Below, piece by piece: positions 1 through 11,600 of a stretch of DNA of 64,000 nt. The notes beneath the pieces are model-generated. The model was not told where the DNA came from and ran no database searches. It was given only the letters and a program-made list of their open reading frames with translations. Positions within the stretch are counted from its first letter, which is position 1. Each line of letters starts with the position of its first letter. Made by a program: the position numbers and the translations under genes. The stretch spans positions 422,530,001 to 422,594,000 of the forward strand of contig OZ024740.1 in the NCBI GenBank assembly GCA_964016885.1. The letters run 5' to 3'. The stretch is from Eledone cirrhosa (lineage: Eukaryota).

Positions 1-835
1 TGTAAAACGTGTATCATTGCATAGACGTGGTTGTTCCGCGTTTCTCAAAAGGATGATGGAAGTTCCAATCTTTTATATTATATGTAGATATAGATATAGA
101 TAATTAATATAAAAGATGATGCTCAGCCAGTTCGTCTTCAACCATCGCAGCACGCCGTCGCTCCGGTGTTTCGTTGGTGTTGTTCAGCCAGCTCCACTTC
201 CCTCATGACGCACACATGGTAATAGTTACAGCGTTCACTTTGCCTCTCTGTTTCTTACTCTCCCCTCTCACTCCCTCACTCTCCCCTCTCACTCCCTCAT
301 TGACATTATGCATATTAATCTAAGTTTGGCGTCGTTGAGGTGGACGGAGTCGTTTGAAACCTATGAATCAATGATAATCGAGAATTATGACACACGGAAT
401 ACTGACATTGTTGAAATTAATATATATATATATATATAATATATGAAAACTTAAATGAAATATTCTTACAATATTGGTAGCTACAGTTGTATAAACTAAC
501 AAAGTTTCATGTGGTTTTAGTTGATATTATAGACACTCGATGTCTGCTCCTTTTGTTGCTTGGCAAATATCAATGTGATAAGCTCGGAGTGTTAGTGGTC
601 ACCCTCTATATTAACACTCTTTACATTCTTACGGTATCACCATCTCTGATTAATTTGTAACCTTAAGTACATACTGTTTACACATGCTAGTTTCAGCTTC
701 ATTGCACACACAGGCAGACAGACAGACACTATGATTTCATTGTTCTGTCTGATAGTATATCTGTTTAGATTTTTCATTGTCAGTCTTCGTAACTGAATTT
801 TAACATATTATAAATTGGCTATCACAATCAACACA

Positions 836-869
836 CCACACCACACCACACCACACACACACACACACA

Positions 870-924
<55 letters not shown>
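836..924. repeat. Compound microsatellite (CACCA)n-(CA)n-(CT)n-(CA)n
   Basis: Read directly from the sequence. Confidence 0.95.
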
Positions 925-925
<1 letters not shown>

Positions 926-1199
926 GAGCTGTTAAATAAGTTCTCACGGTGTTGAAGGCTATATTCGTTCAAAACAATAGGGAACCTCCAAAGCGAGACT
1001 GGTGTAATGTTAACCTCCCAAAACCGAGAACTCTGAGTCTGTGTTCCCCCACTCCCTAATTAACTTTAAAAAAAAACGAATGATTCCCGATGAATTTGAA
1101 AGTTAGATTCGTTTAAAAACACCGAAAACTATATGAAAAACACGTTTTTACCTTCAAGACAGAGTGCAGTAGTGATTATTTACTCATATCTCAGAACAA

Positions 1200-1492
1200 A
1201 AGTGTCCCCCAACATAGTCGCCGTGGCCACAAACCCCGGTACTGCGGCCCGCAACGCAGAGTACAGGTAGACAAGCTTGTCCGATGGCTTCCTCTTCGTA
1301 CCAGTCGCCGTCGAGGCCTCATGCATCCTCGGATCCTGGACTGCCGAGCTCCTCCGTAAAATCGGAATGTCAACAGGGAAGGAGCCCCATGAGGTGGGGT
1401 GGCTGATGCGCGGAAATGCCTTTTGCAGTTTTGTCTGGGGGGCGCAAGACGTCCCATTCTAGGCACAGAGCCCATCACGTTCTTCACTTCCT
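1200..1492 (+). mobile_element. Degraded 3' fragment of a CRE-like (RLE-type) non-LTR retrotransposon
   Basis: The frame of the 1277 ORF reads ...NPGTAARNAEYR*TSLSDGFLFVPVAVEASCILGSWTAELLRKIG...EVGWLMRGNAF. This resembles the C-terminal restriction-like endonuclease tail of CRE-clade elements (AA..AE..K..KY...F.P.AVE..G..G.....L..IG...RGNA). It is GC-rich relative to the flanks, has an in-frame stop at 1268-1270, and is followed by (TA)n. Confidence 0.65.
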
Positions 1493-1609
1493 TATATATA
1501 TATATATATACACACAGATAATGTTATGGTATCAAAACTTATATAATATATATAATAACCACGTTTCTCTTGAACTAAGCTCAAAGGACCTTAGTTCTGG
1601 GCATCAATA

Positions 1610-1736
1610 ATTCAAATTTAAAAGATATATTTAGAGAGAAAGAGTCCAATATCTTTTGAGAAACAGTATTTTGTATTTATGTGTACTTCTCAAATCATGA
1701 CTATTTCTCTCTCTAAATATCTCTTTTGAATTTGAA

Positions 1737-1737
<1 letters not shown>
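1610..1737. repeat. Imperfect inverted repeat / fold-back element (MITE-like)
   Basis: attcaaatttaaaagatatatttagagagaaa (from 1610) is the near reverse complement of tttctctctctaaatatctcttttgaatttgaat (ending 1737). An inner tttgagaa/ttctcaaa pair extends the stem. Confidence 0.75.
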
Positions 1738-1809
<72 letters not shown>

Positions 1810-1816
1810 CTCTATC
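1737..1816. repeat. (TATC)n / GATA microsatellite
   Basis: About 19-20 TATC units immediately 5' of the retrotransposon. Confidence 0.97.
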
Positions 1817-2033
1817 AGACGTGTGTAACTTCGCGAAGTTGTTTCCGTTAATTTATGTAAGAAAAAAACGCGAGTTTTTAGTTAAATTTTATATCATTGT
1901 GTAACTTGACCACCCGCCTGGACCTTCAGGTGGTGGGTCAACTCATTTTCGCCCCTACAGGGGCGAAATATCCATTTAAAAAATTTTTCTAGATCGAATC
2001 TTGGAAAAAATATTTTAAAATTTTGATTACGTT

Positions 2034-3920
2034 ATGAACGCTGCGTCCAACGATAATGGTGGTGGAGAGGCAGTAAGACTACCAAGCTCGCACTCAACAA
2101 CGTCTTCTTCACTAGATACTATAGAGATGGAAAGACAAAATGAAAATAAAAAAACGAATACATATCCAAACAACACAAAGGACACCAAACAGTTCAATGA
2201 CAACAAAAATAACAGCAAAACCAATAATGATGATAAAAGCAACAATGATAACAACAACAAAGAAAAAAATAAAGACAACACCAATAACACCAGCATCAAA
2301 GACAACAACAACACCAAGGAAAATACGGATGATACCAACATCGGTGACAACAAGAATAACAACAACAATAACAACAATAATGACAACACCACCAATACGG
2401 ATTTCACAAAGAAACCCAAAATTTCCTTTGCAGAGAAAGTTCAAAAGAAGGAAGAATTGATATATCTCGACATAACAAATGCTGAACAACTTTTAAAGGA
2501 CGCTAAGAGATGTGTCACTTTCGAAAAAAATGGTGCTTTCAGCATCAATTCTCCGGTAGAAATTCGCAAGGAAACTGCTCTCAAAACGATAGTTTTTAGG
2601 ACAGTTTCCAATTCTACCCGAAAACCAGTCCAATTGTCACAGAAAGAAATTGAACTGGTTTTCAAAAATTCAATGAATGATATTGCATTCATTCAAAGAA
2701 GCAAACTTTTTGGGAGTATTTCGGTACTCATGAAGGATCAATTGACGGCCCAAAATTACTCTGTGTCGCCAATTGTATCCAACCTGTACACCTTTTTCCC
2801 TACATACATGGGAAAAAGGACACAAAAGATCAGAATAACGAGTGTCACACCAAAGGTGAACATATGGTGGATACTGTGCGGCTTCATCAATTTTGATGAA
2901 GACAGAATACTATCAGTAGGAAAGTCCCCCAGAGATGTATTCAATGGGACTAGCATTGAAGTTCTGGTGCAAATGAGCCCAGAGCGAATAGCTATGATCC
3001 CACAGCGTGTACTCCTGGACGGACTCACCTACATAAACTTTTCGGTTGAGGGTAGGCGGCCTTCATGTTACCATTGCTTTAGCAGGGGTCACCTGAGGGC
3101 TTCCTGTCCTAAATTAATGAACCAAAAAAAGGCTCTTCTGCCGACACCCATCAAAACAACACAACCACCAACACCACCACAACAACACCAACACACAAAA
3201 ATAACCACAACAAACACAGTCCCACCCAACCCCACTCCACCTAAAACCACTGCAAAATCACATACAGACACAACAGCTCCCCAAGACATACCCCTCCCCA
3301 ATCACACAGACGATACAACAGATGAGGCTATCTCGCCATCACCCAGTGAAGACGAGGGAGAACCCCATCGATCGAAAAGAAAGAAAAGACATCACAAAAG
3401 CAAAAAACCAGCAAACACTACCACAAACATACAACCACCAACACAAACAACAAAAATATCACAAACAAAACCCCCACCCCCTGAAAACAAAATACCTACA
3501 ACAAAACGAAAGCACACACAAGAACTACAGACAAAAACAAACACAACACAAGAAAATTACACTTACACTTACATAAACACTGAAAACAAAGCACTAATGG
3601 AGACCATCACGAACGACCCTTCGGTTTTCACCGAAGGGAAAACTTTCGCCCACTCTATTAAAAATAGCAAAAAACTGAACCTAAAACTGATTAGGGTCCC
3701 TATACAAACTTATAGGTCCCTAAAAGAAACATTTGAGAAGGATGTGGGTAATTCCTGCGTGAAACCACTCAACCGCGTCCTTCTCAAATGCCTCCCCACC
3801 CCAGACACCCCCATCCCACCAGACCCCACCCCGCCGGAAACCACCACCCATCCAGACAACCCCTCCAACACCCCCATGGAAATCGTGCGGCCTGGTCCCC
3901 AGGAGGCGAAGGGTGAGTGA
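2034..3920 (+). CDS. LINE ORF1 protein (gag-like nucleic-acid-binding protein with CCHC zinc knuckle)
   Basis: Uninterrupted 628-aa ORF directly upstream of the APE ORF. Contains CYHCFSRGHLRASC (CX2CX4HX4C), an Asn/Asp-rich N-terminus and a Pro/Thr-rich C-terminal half with a basic patch (KRKKRHHKSKK). Confidence 0.85.
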   Translation: MNAASNDNGGGEAVRLPSSHSTTSSSLDTIEMERQNENKKTNTYPNNTKDTKQFNDNKNNSKTNNDDKSNNDNNNKEKNKDNTNNTSIKDNNNTKENTDDTNIGDNKNNNNNNNNNDNTTNTDFTKKPKISFAEKVQKKEELIYLDITNAEQLLKDAKRCVTFEKNGAFSINSPVEIRKETALKTIVFRTVSNSTRKPVQLSQKEIELVFKNSMNDIAFIQRSKLFGSISVLMKDQLTAQNYSVSPIVSNLYTFFPTYMGKRTQKIRITSVTPKVNIWWILCGFINFDEDRILSVGKSPRDVFNGTSIEVLVQMSPERIAMIPQRVLLDGLTYINFSVEGRRPSCYHCFSRGHLRASCPKLMNQKKALLPTPIKTTQPPTPPQQHQHTKITTTNTVPPNPTPPKTTAKSHTDTTAPQDIPLPNHTDDTTDEAISPSPSEDEGEPHRSKRKKRHHKSKKPANTTTNIQPPTQTTKISQTKPPPPENKIPTTKRKHTQELQTKTNTTQENYTYTYINTENKALMETITNDPSVFTEGKTFAHSIKNSKKLNLKLIRVPIQTYRSLKETFEKDVGNSCVKPLNRVLLKCLPTPDTPIPPDPTPPETTTHPDNPSNTPMEIVRPGPQEAKGE

Positions 3921-3953
3921 TCTCTTTTCCTCTTTTAACTTTTCAGCACCAAC

Positions 3954-6900
3954 ATGGCCAATATAAGAGTTGGATGTGTGAACGTACGCGGCCTGGGGAT
4001 GCCCTGGAAACAGGGCAAACTCTTAAACGACCTCAAGTCGCACAGTATGGATGTGGTAGCCATTTGCGAGTCCAGGATCCACGGCGAGCGACAGCTGGCT
4101 CCCATCTTCGATGACTTTGAGATCTACGCATCTCTCTGTCAACCGGGGGGTGGGGGCGGAGTTGCCGTTTTGCTGCGGAAACACCTGGGCCTCGTAACAC
4201 AGACGGTACATCTGGACCCGGAGGGTCGACTGGTGGTCCTAGACGTTGACGGTAGTGAAGGTGGAGCCTTCAGGCTGGTGTCCGCATATGCCCCATCCGG
4301 GACACTGCGGCCAGACTTCTTCAAACGTCTAGAGACTTTTCTGGGAACGTTCCGCTCCTTGCTTTTAGTGGGGGACTGGAATGGAATCCTAGATGCACGT
4401 TGGGACTATGTGGGAGCATGTCCCGATAAAGGGGGGTGTAACAGCCTCAAACAGTTAATCGACCGATTTGACCTGGCCGATAGATATCGACTAGATTTTC
4501 CGACTGCGCCACTGTGGGCGTGGAGTAATCGTAGCGGAACATCTAGATTGTACCTAGATAGGGTTCTAGTTAGAAATAAGGATAGGGACATGTTAAGCTG
4601 TCCACAAATGTTCATGGTTGCCTATTCAGATCACAAACTAGTGACCTGCATGGCCAACCTTGATAGAACCCATAGACAAGGACCCGGCTACTGGAAGCTG
4701 AACTTGTCGTTACCGACAAGCAAAACCTACAGTAGACGGATTAGCACTTTAGTTAAACAGCACTTGACAGGGGCCATTGTCAATAACAGATGGTGGTACT
4801 CTCTCAAGAGGGCAGTTAGATTAGACTCGATAGTTTTTAGTAAAGAATTAGCGTTAGATAGAAATAGAACCGAGAAGGAACTGGTAGATAAAGTAGAAGA
4901 GGCAATTAGAAGTGGCAACGTAGCCAGCGTGCTAGCAACGAGAACGGCCTTGGACCAGTTCTTCGACGCAAAGCACGAGGGCTGAGTTGTCAGAAGCAAA
5001 ATACGTGCTCTGGGAAACGAGGGAGCCAAAGCTATTAGCTGGGCCCGAGTGACGGAGGCAAAAAGTGGCAACAAGTCCACGATTCGGTCTTTGAAGGACC
5101 AAAACGGACGCGTGATACACTAATCAGGAAGGACGAGAATAAGGGGGATGACATAGGTAACTTCCGGCCCATAACTCTGCTAAACACAGAGTTACAGATT
5201 TTGGCCAAGGTGTTGGCAAAGAGGCTGGCGCTTGTCGAGAACCTGGTGGGAGAGGCGCAGACATGCGCAATCCCGACCAGGTCCATACACGACAACCTCC
5301 ACCTCATGCGATACATCATAGAGAGGGTAGGGTGTAAACCCGGCTTCGGTGTAAACCCGGCTTCGGTGGGGCCCTGATCAACTTGGATCAGTCTAAGGCT
5401 TTCGATAGGGTTGACCATCGTTACCTGGATGCGGTGCTCGAGGCGGCAGGCTTCGGACCCGTGTTCAGGGCCTGGATTGCTGCAATGCACAACAGCAACA
5501 TCTGCTCAAGGGTCAAGGTGAACGGCTACCTCTCGGAGCCGTTCCATATTACGCGATCCATTCGACAGGGATGCCCTCTCTTCTCCCTTCTGTACGTACT
5601 GACTCTCGAGCCACTACTGCGGAAGCTGGAGCTATTGCAGGGCATCCCTCTCGAACCGGGACTGCGGAAAGCGGCGTCGGCCTACGCCGACGACGTGACA
5701 GTAATGGTGTCGAGCGCCTTACAAAACGAGGAAGTCGGCACCTTACTGAAGGAATACGAAAGTCTCACAGGAGCGAAGCTGAACCGGGACAAGTCCATCG
5801 GTTTGCAACTCGGATCGTGGAGAGGCAAACCGATGCCTTCCGATGGCGTCGTCGGACGCTGGACGGAAGGACCGGTAAAGCTGCTCGGGGTCTGGTTTGG
5901 TCCGGACCTCCAGGTGGAGAAGAACTGGAACGAAGTGACGGCCAAGGTGTTTGCACTCACCCAGAAGTGGGCCGAGTGCAAACTATCCTTGAAAGGTCGA
6001 GCGGAGGTGGCGAACACTTTTATAGCGTCAGCCATCTACTACCGCTTGACCGTCGTGCCTTGTCCAGCCAAAATGGAGCGCGCGCTCTTCCGATTCCTTT
6101 GGAAGAGGCGGGCTCCTTTGGTGAGAAAATCCATCTGCTGCCAACACCCTTCTAACGGAGGGCTGGGGATGCCGTGGTTGACGATGCGCAAACACGCGCT
6201 CAGGCTGCGGCATCTCTACGTATTCCTCACCGGACAACCGGTGTGGGCCCCGTTCGTGAGGCGAGCCTTCCCACGACTCGTCTCGCTGACCGAGCTGCAG
6301 TCCTGAGTCAAGCAAAGACCGAGGAAAATGGGCGACTGGCACATCGAATGTGCTCAGGCGCTCACAGCCCTCTGGCAGGCGGACCCGGCGATCAGTGGAG
6401 ACTCCACTTCGTCATTCTATAGAGGTTTGGTCCGCAGCAAGTGCGACGACACGCTCGGTGAAATTCTAGGCGTAGAGGAAGATGAACTGGCCAGTCTGTT
6501 CGGTAGGACCTTCCGCCCGGGACCGATGGACAACTTCCAAAAGTCCCTGGCCTGGCAGTGCTACCGAGGAGCTCTACCAGTTCGAGACAAGCTCTACAGA
6601 CATGGGCGCCCGGGCAGAGACCCTGCAAAAAAGATCTGTCCGAGGTGCGTGCGAGACGAAGAAACCGTCGCGCACGCATTCATACACTGCCCGGGCGTCA
6701 CTGACCTGTGGGGCTATGTAGAACGACTATTGTCGCGGGTGGGACCAATCCAGTTGACCACCGAGTCCATTGTCATGATCAAACCGCCACCCTCCTTCAA
6801 AAACGAAGGAGAGGCGGTTTTCCTTTGTGTGATAGCTATGGCGAAAGAGGTTGTATGGTGGACAAGGTTGAAAGGGCTGAGGTCAGACACCTTTCTCTCC

Positions 6901-7053
6901 GGCCAACAACTGATTCTTTTTTTCAAATACCACTTTGGAAGAAGAATCAGGATGGAGAGAGAGGTGCTGTGCCCCAGCAAGTTTTATGAAAGGTGGGTGA
7001 AAGTGGCGAGAATGGCCCGAGTGAATGGGCCTTCTCTCTATATCAGCCTGTAG
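3954..7053 (+). pseudogene. LINE ORF2: apurinic-like endonuclease + reverse transcriptase + C-terminal CCHC, inactivated
   Basis: APE motifs NVRGL, YAP, GDWN, LDRVLV, SDHKLV. RT motifs FRPITLLN, DQSKAFDRVDH, RQGCPL, YADDV. C-terminal CPRC..EETVAHAFIHC. Lesions: TGA 4983-4985, TAA 5121-5123 with an apparent deletion of the linker/early RT near 5127, a 17-bp tandem duplication frameshift at 5331-5364, and TGA 6304-6306. Confidence 0.93.
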
Positions 7054-7293
7054 GTTGAGGAAAAGGAGGAGGAGAGGAAAGGAGTACAAACTCTTCGTAC
7101 TCCTGGAGATGAGGGTTGCACATTTTTTTTCGGGGGTATGTGTTACCCATATAAACTGTCTCCCTCTATTGGGGAAAATCGACTAACTTTTTTAAATTCC
7201 ATTTGTGATAACATTTTACACGTTTTTATTGTATGTAAACTTCCCCCTTTGTATTTGTGCCCCTGTGGCTAATAAAGAAACATATCTATCTAT

Positions 7294-7373
7294 CAGGTGT
7301 CCTCCCCCCAAAAAACAAAATATATAAACAAGCTTTTGAAATGTGTATTCTTTTTTTGGGGGGACACACCCTG
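7294..7373. mobile_element. Short Tc1/mariner-type MITE remnant
   Basis: Imperfect TIRs: caggtgtcctc..C-run..aaaaaa at the left and ttttttggggggacacaccctg at the right, followed by TA. CAGGGTGT..-type ends are typical of mariner-family MITEs. Confidence 0.6.
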
Positions 7374-8252
7374 TATATATATAAAACTGAGGATGTCTGT
7401 GTGTGTTTGAATGCCTAAAACTCGAGAAACACCCAACCACTGTTTTCAAACTTTACACATGTAATACTTATGTATCAAGGAGTGTTCCGAGCAAAAAAAA
7501 ATTTCAAATTTTCACTGCCCTAGGGACCGCATTAGGCGATTTAGCGATCTCTCTCTATAATTCTTAGTCTTTCTCTTTTTAGATAGATACATACATATAA
7601 CGTCGCGCCCTTATAATATCTGTCTGCATTACGTCACTTCCCTGAGGATGTCTGTGTGTGTGCGTCTGTGAGTTTGAATCCCTAAAACTCAAGAAATACC
7701 CAACCGACTTTTTTCAAACTTTACATGTGTATTATGTTTCAGGGAGTGTTATGCACATAAACAAATTCAACTTTTTGGTCCCATAGGGCCCGCATTAAGT
7801 GAAAAACTGCATTTTTTTCAGCTTTTAGGGGTTTTTTGAGGCGTTACGTCAGACCGATTTCCTTGAAATTGTAACTATGTATTAGTCACTCTTCCTCATA
7901 CTGTGAGTAAAGAAAATCCAACTTTTTTTATGGCCTTGAGCCCGCATTAGGTGAGAAACTTCATTTTTTCCAGCTTTTTAGGGCTCTTTTGGAGGTGTTA
8001 CGTCTAGCCGATTTTCCCGAAATTTCAAGGCACTTAAAAAAATTCATTTTCTTGGTCCCCTAGGGCCCGCAGGTGAAAACCTGCATTTTTCCTGCTTCAT
8101 CGAGGAAAATCTTAAAGATTATCCAGCCATCAGAGTATTCGGTTTATTTTCTTTACATATTGTCTAGGCATGCAGTTTTTCCACGATTAGGTCTGTTGGC
8201 GGCCCGCGTTCCAAAATACCTTATCCCGTGCAACGCCGGGTACCACTGCTAG
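7374..8252 (+). mobile_element. Non-autonomous Helitron
   Basis: 5' tatatatataaaactgaggatgtctgtgtg. 3' hairpin cccgtgcaacgccggg (8225-8240), then CTAG (8249-8252) followed by T. Internal duplicated block (about 7387-7490 vs 7642-7750) and repeated (ggg)cccgcattaggtga-like motifs. Confidence 0.8.
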
Positions 8253-8499
8253 TAGTTAATAAATGGAACAAACAAAACGCAGGAGGCAATTTTATAGTTC
8301 ACTATATATGAGAGAGAGGGGGGTTTCAGTTGATCCATTAGTTTCCCAACTTAACAGTTTACTATACATAGTCTGTCTAATTTCAAACTTATTACATTCT
8401 ACTTATACACATACATACATATATATATGTACAACATTTAGACATGTAACGCATGAATACTTTCGATTTTGTACTGTCGGCATTTCACACTTTATGTAT

Positions 8500-11108
8500 A
8501 TCTATATATATAAATGTGAGGATGTGTGTGTTAAGGTTTGTAACGGATTGACGTCCACAATTTCCAACGGATTCTATTCGGGACAATTATTGCTTTTGGT
8601 CAGGAAAAGGTCATGAAGCAAAAAAAGTCGATAAAATACATATGCAAATATGTAAATAAGGGCTCTGATGCCGCAATGTTCGCATTTCAAGCTGAAAATA
8701 GCAGGGGCGAGGTCACAGAATACCTGGCGGAGCGGTACATCAGTAGCAATGAAGCTTTTTGGCGCCTATTTGGTTTACCCCTACACCAACGGCTCCCCGC
8801 CATCGTGCAGCTTGCGGTACATTTGGAAAATGGGCAAAGGGTTTACTTTACCGACCAAACCGCCGCCAAGTTGGCCGCCGATCTGAAAGAGACCATTCTG
8901 ACGGGTTTCTTCAAACTTTGCCAGTTCGATACATTTGCGCAAACAATTGTGTACCCCCAGGCTCCATCCTACTTTATATGGTCGAAAAACACTTGGGTGC
9001 GAAGAAAGTCAGGTCAGGCTGTTGAAAGACATCCTGGTGTAAAATTTGACAGCTGTCTTGGAAGGGTTTACACTGTGCCCCCAAGTCAGCACGAGTGCTT
9101 TCATCTCCGCCTTCTTCTGTATGAAGTTGTAGGCCCACAAAGTTTTCAGGACCTCAAAACTGTTGATGGAGAAATATGTGATACGTACCGGGAAGCTTGC
9201 TTTAAGCGTGGTCTTTTGGAAGATGATTCGCAATGGGATTCCACTTTAGCAGAGGGTGCTTTGTTGAAATCGCCTAAGGGTCTACGGGAACTCTTTGCCA
9301 TTTTGCTTCAAAAGTGTGAATTGGGTGATCCCAAATCTTTGTCTGAGGACTTCTTGCGCCTGGCTCATCTGCAGTATACTTCAGTGGAAGTTGGTTACAG
9401 CGACATTATCTTCAACAGGGCACTCATTGATATCGAGGACGCCCTCCTCGACATAGGTGGGAGTGAGTTGGCGACGTATGGCTTGCCGTCAACCGTCAGA
9501 GAGGAAGCTAACACGTTGGCCCCGGATTTGTTGCGGGAAACAGCATATGACATCGAATCTCTTTCCCAATACTTAGAGGAAAATGAGCCCAAACTTCTGT
9601 CGGACCAAAGGTTGGCCTATTTAACTATCATTGGCGCGGTTCAAAATCAAACTGAGGGTATTTACTTTCTCGATGCTCCTGGGGGTACCGGAAAAACTTT
9701 TGTAACGAAATTGATTCTCGCTAAGATTCGTCAGGAGAAAAAAATTGCGTTGGCCGTTGCATCGTCCGGGATCGCTGCTACTTTTCCTCATTGTTTGGGA
9801 TGAGTGCACAATGGCACACAGGGGTGCCCTTGAGGCATTGGACAGGACCCTGAAAGACATTAGGGATTCTACGGCTCCTATGAGTGGCGTAACCCTTCTG
9901 CTATCAGGGGATTTTCGGCAAACGCTGCCTGTCATCCCCAAAGGGACGAGCTGATGAAGTGCGTGCCTGCCTTAAGTCGTCCATGTTGTGGCTCCAGGTG
10001 AAGAGTTTGTACCTGAGCACAAATATGCGTGCTCATTTGCATGGTGACAACATGTCTGCAGCATTTGGTGAGGGCAAGCTCCCTGCGGATGACAAGGGCG
10101 GCATAGCAATCGACTCCCTGTGCAACATTGTGAGCAGCCCTTCTGACCTTTGGGAAGCAGTTTTTCCTAATGTCTCATCTAACTTTAAAATCCTCGATTG
10201 GCTCAGCGAGAGAGCCATCTTTGCTCCGAAAAATACCATGGTTAATTTTATTAACGAGCAGCTGATTGATAAGATTCCCGGTAAAGAGCACATCTTCAAA
10301 TCTATCGACCGGACGTCAGACACCGACGATATCGTTAATTATCCGGTTGAGTTATTAAATTCCCTTGAGCCCCCAGGGCTCCCACCTCACATTCTTAAGC
10401 TTAGGGTTGGGTGCCCCATTATGCTAATAAGGAACTTGCGTTCACCAAAGCAGTGCAACGGTACTCGCATGGTCGTCAAGTCACTGACGCCTCATTTGAT
10501 TGAGGCCACCATTGTAACGGGGTGCGAGAGAGGGGAGAATGTTTTCATTCCAAGGATGAACCCCTCGGCGTTAGATATCCCGTTCGATTTCCGGCGATCC
10601 CTATTCCCGGTGAGACCATGTTTTGCCATGTCCATTAACAAGTCAGAAGGGCAAACATTGTCGGTGGCGGGTATCCATTTGGGGAAGCCATGCTTCTCCC
10701 ATGGCCAACTTTATGTTACCCGTTCCCTCGTAGGGAGCAGGAATGGACTTTTTGCTTACACTCCTCAAGGGATGACACGCAATATCGTCTACAAAGAGGT
10801 GCTATAGATGTTGGTGCAGGTGTTGGAGCTGTTGGAAAACTGGTAGGGTCAGCCATAGCGGACAGATCTGACACCCAGCGGCATCAGGGCGACCATCTTG
10901 CAACTTTGGTATACTAAATTTGCTATTGGAAGATTATTAACCCATCATTGATTGTCCAAAATGCTAATTGGTTCGGAACTTTTAATAACCGGTTCAACTG
11001 CTTTATGCACTTAATTGATAAGCTTATTCGCTTTCAAGCCACGTTTACCTGTATGTAACTTTTCATAGCAAATGAACAAACCCGAGCAACGCCGGGCTAA
11101 ACTGTTAG
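8500..11108 (+). mobile_element. Internally deleted Helitron carrying a RepHel remnant
   Basis: 5' TC-tatatatataaatgtgaggatgtgtgtg, similar to the 7374 element. 3' hairpin cccgagcaacgccggg (11081-11096) followed by ..gTTAG|t, a degenerate CTRR end. Contains the helicase pseudogene. Confidence 0.85.
8613..10807 (+). pseudogene. Helitron Rep/PIF1-family helicase, truncated and frameshifted
   Basis: Rep motif 3 KYICKYVNKG and Walker A DAPGGTGKT. Further PIF1 motifs: [45 protein letters not shown], terminal NIVYKEVL. Split across three frames (8613-9803, 9745-9954, 9959-10807). Rep motifs 1-2 and the segment after SGIAAT are missing. Confidence 0.92.
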
Positions 11109-11259
11109 TATACATATACACTCATACGCACCAGATTCACGTTGTCTGATATAACGCTGACATACATACATACACACACCCTTCTGGCTAAATGTAGTTT
11201 ACTCTTTTAACATTAATCCAAACTTTTCTATTTTCTTCTTATTTATCAAAAACCATACT

Positions 11260-11600
11260 CTGCTTTAAATCATAGTATGTCTGATATTACGAGAGACTGA
11301 GGCCATGCTGGAGTATTGCCACCGAGCTACACTTTCTATAGCCAGCCTTCCCTGGTTGGCCATTGATACAAAAGGATAGTGTGTTGTGAGTTCATCCAGG
11401 ATCTCAGTCAGTAGAATGTCGAGATGTCTCTTGAAAATATCTACATGTACACCATGTAGATCTCTCAGATTTTTTGGCAGCTTATTAAAAATCTGGGGTC
11501 CCTTGAACACCAGGCTATTGCAGTATGTGGTCCTTATTCTTGATGCGACAGATGAGACCTTTGGTACTACGCAATAGTGTTCTGTTTGTGGACTGGTCCT
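11260..11600 (-). mobile_element. 3' fragment of a CR1/L2-group LINE
   Basis: Minus frame ...KVSSVASRIRTTYCNSLVFKGPQIFNKLPKNLRDLHGVHVDIFKRHLDILL resembles the C-terminal (W/F)N.LP.......FK..LD..L motif of CR1-group ORF2. Confidence 0.7.

Larger units (their letters stand above)
1819..7282 (+). mobile_element. Near-full-length Tx1/L1-clade non-LTR retrotransposon (5'UTR, ORF1, disabled ORF2, 3'UTR)
   Basis: Architecture is gag-knuckle ORF1 followed by APE-RT-CCHC ORF2. AATAAA at 7271-7276. Flanked by tatctctctatcag (1805-1818) and tatctatctatcag (7283-7296), 13/14 identical, a putative TSD. Confidence 0.92.

Noticed and set aside
1557-1608. Possible minus-strand hammerhead ribozyme (stem gaactaag/cttagttc followed by GAAAC)
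   Set aside because: The core reads TTGATGC rather than CTGANGA, and flanking stems are not evident.
2027-7089. Numerous antisense and alternate-frame ORFs over the LINE
   Set aside because: Shadows of ORF1/ORF2 caused by compositional bias, with no recognisable motifs.
8613-10807. Host PIF1 helicase gene
   Set aside because: Intronless, frameshifted, preceded by Helitron Rep motif 3 and bounded by Helitron termini.
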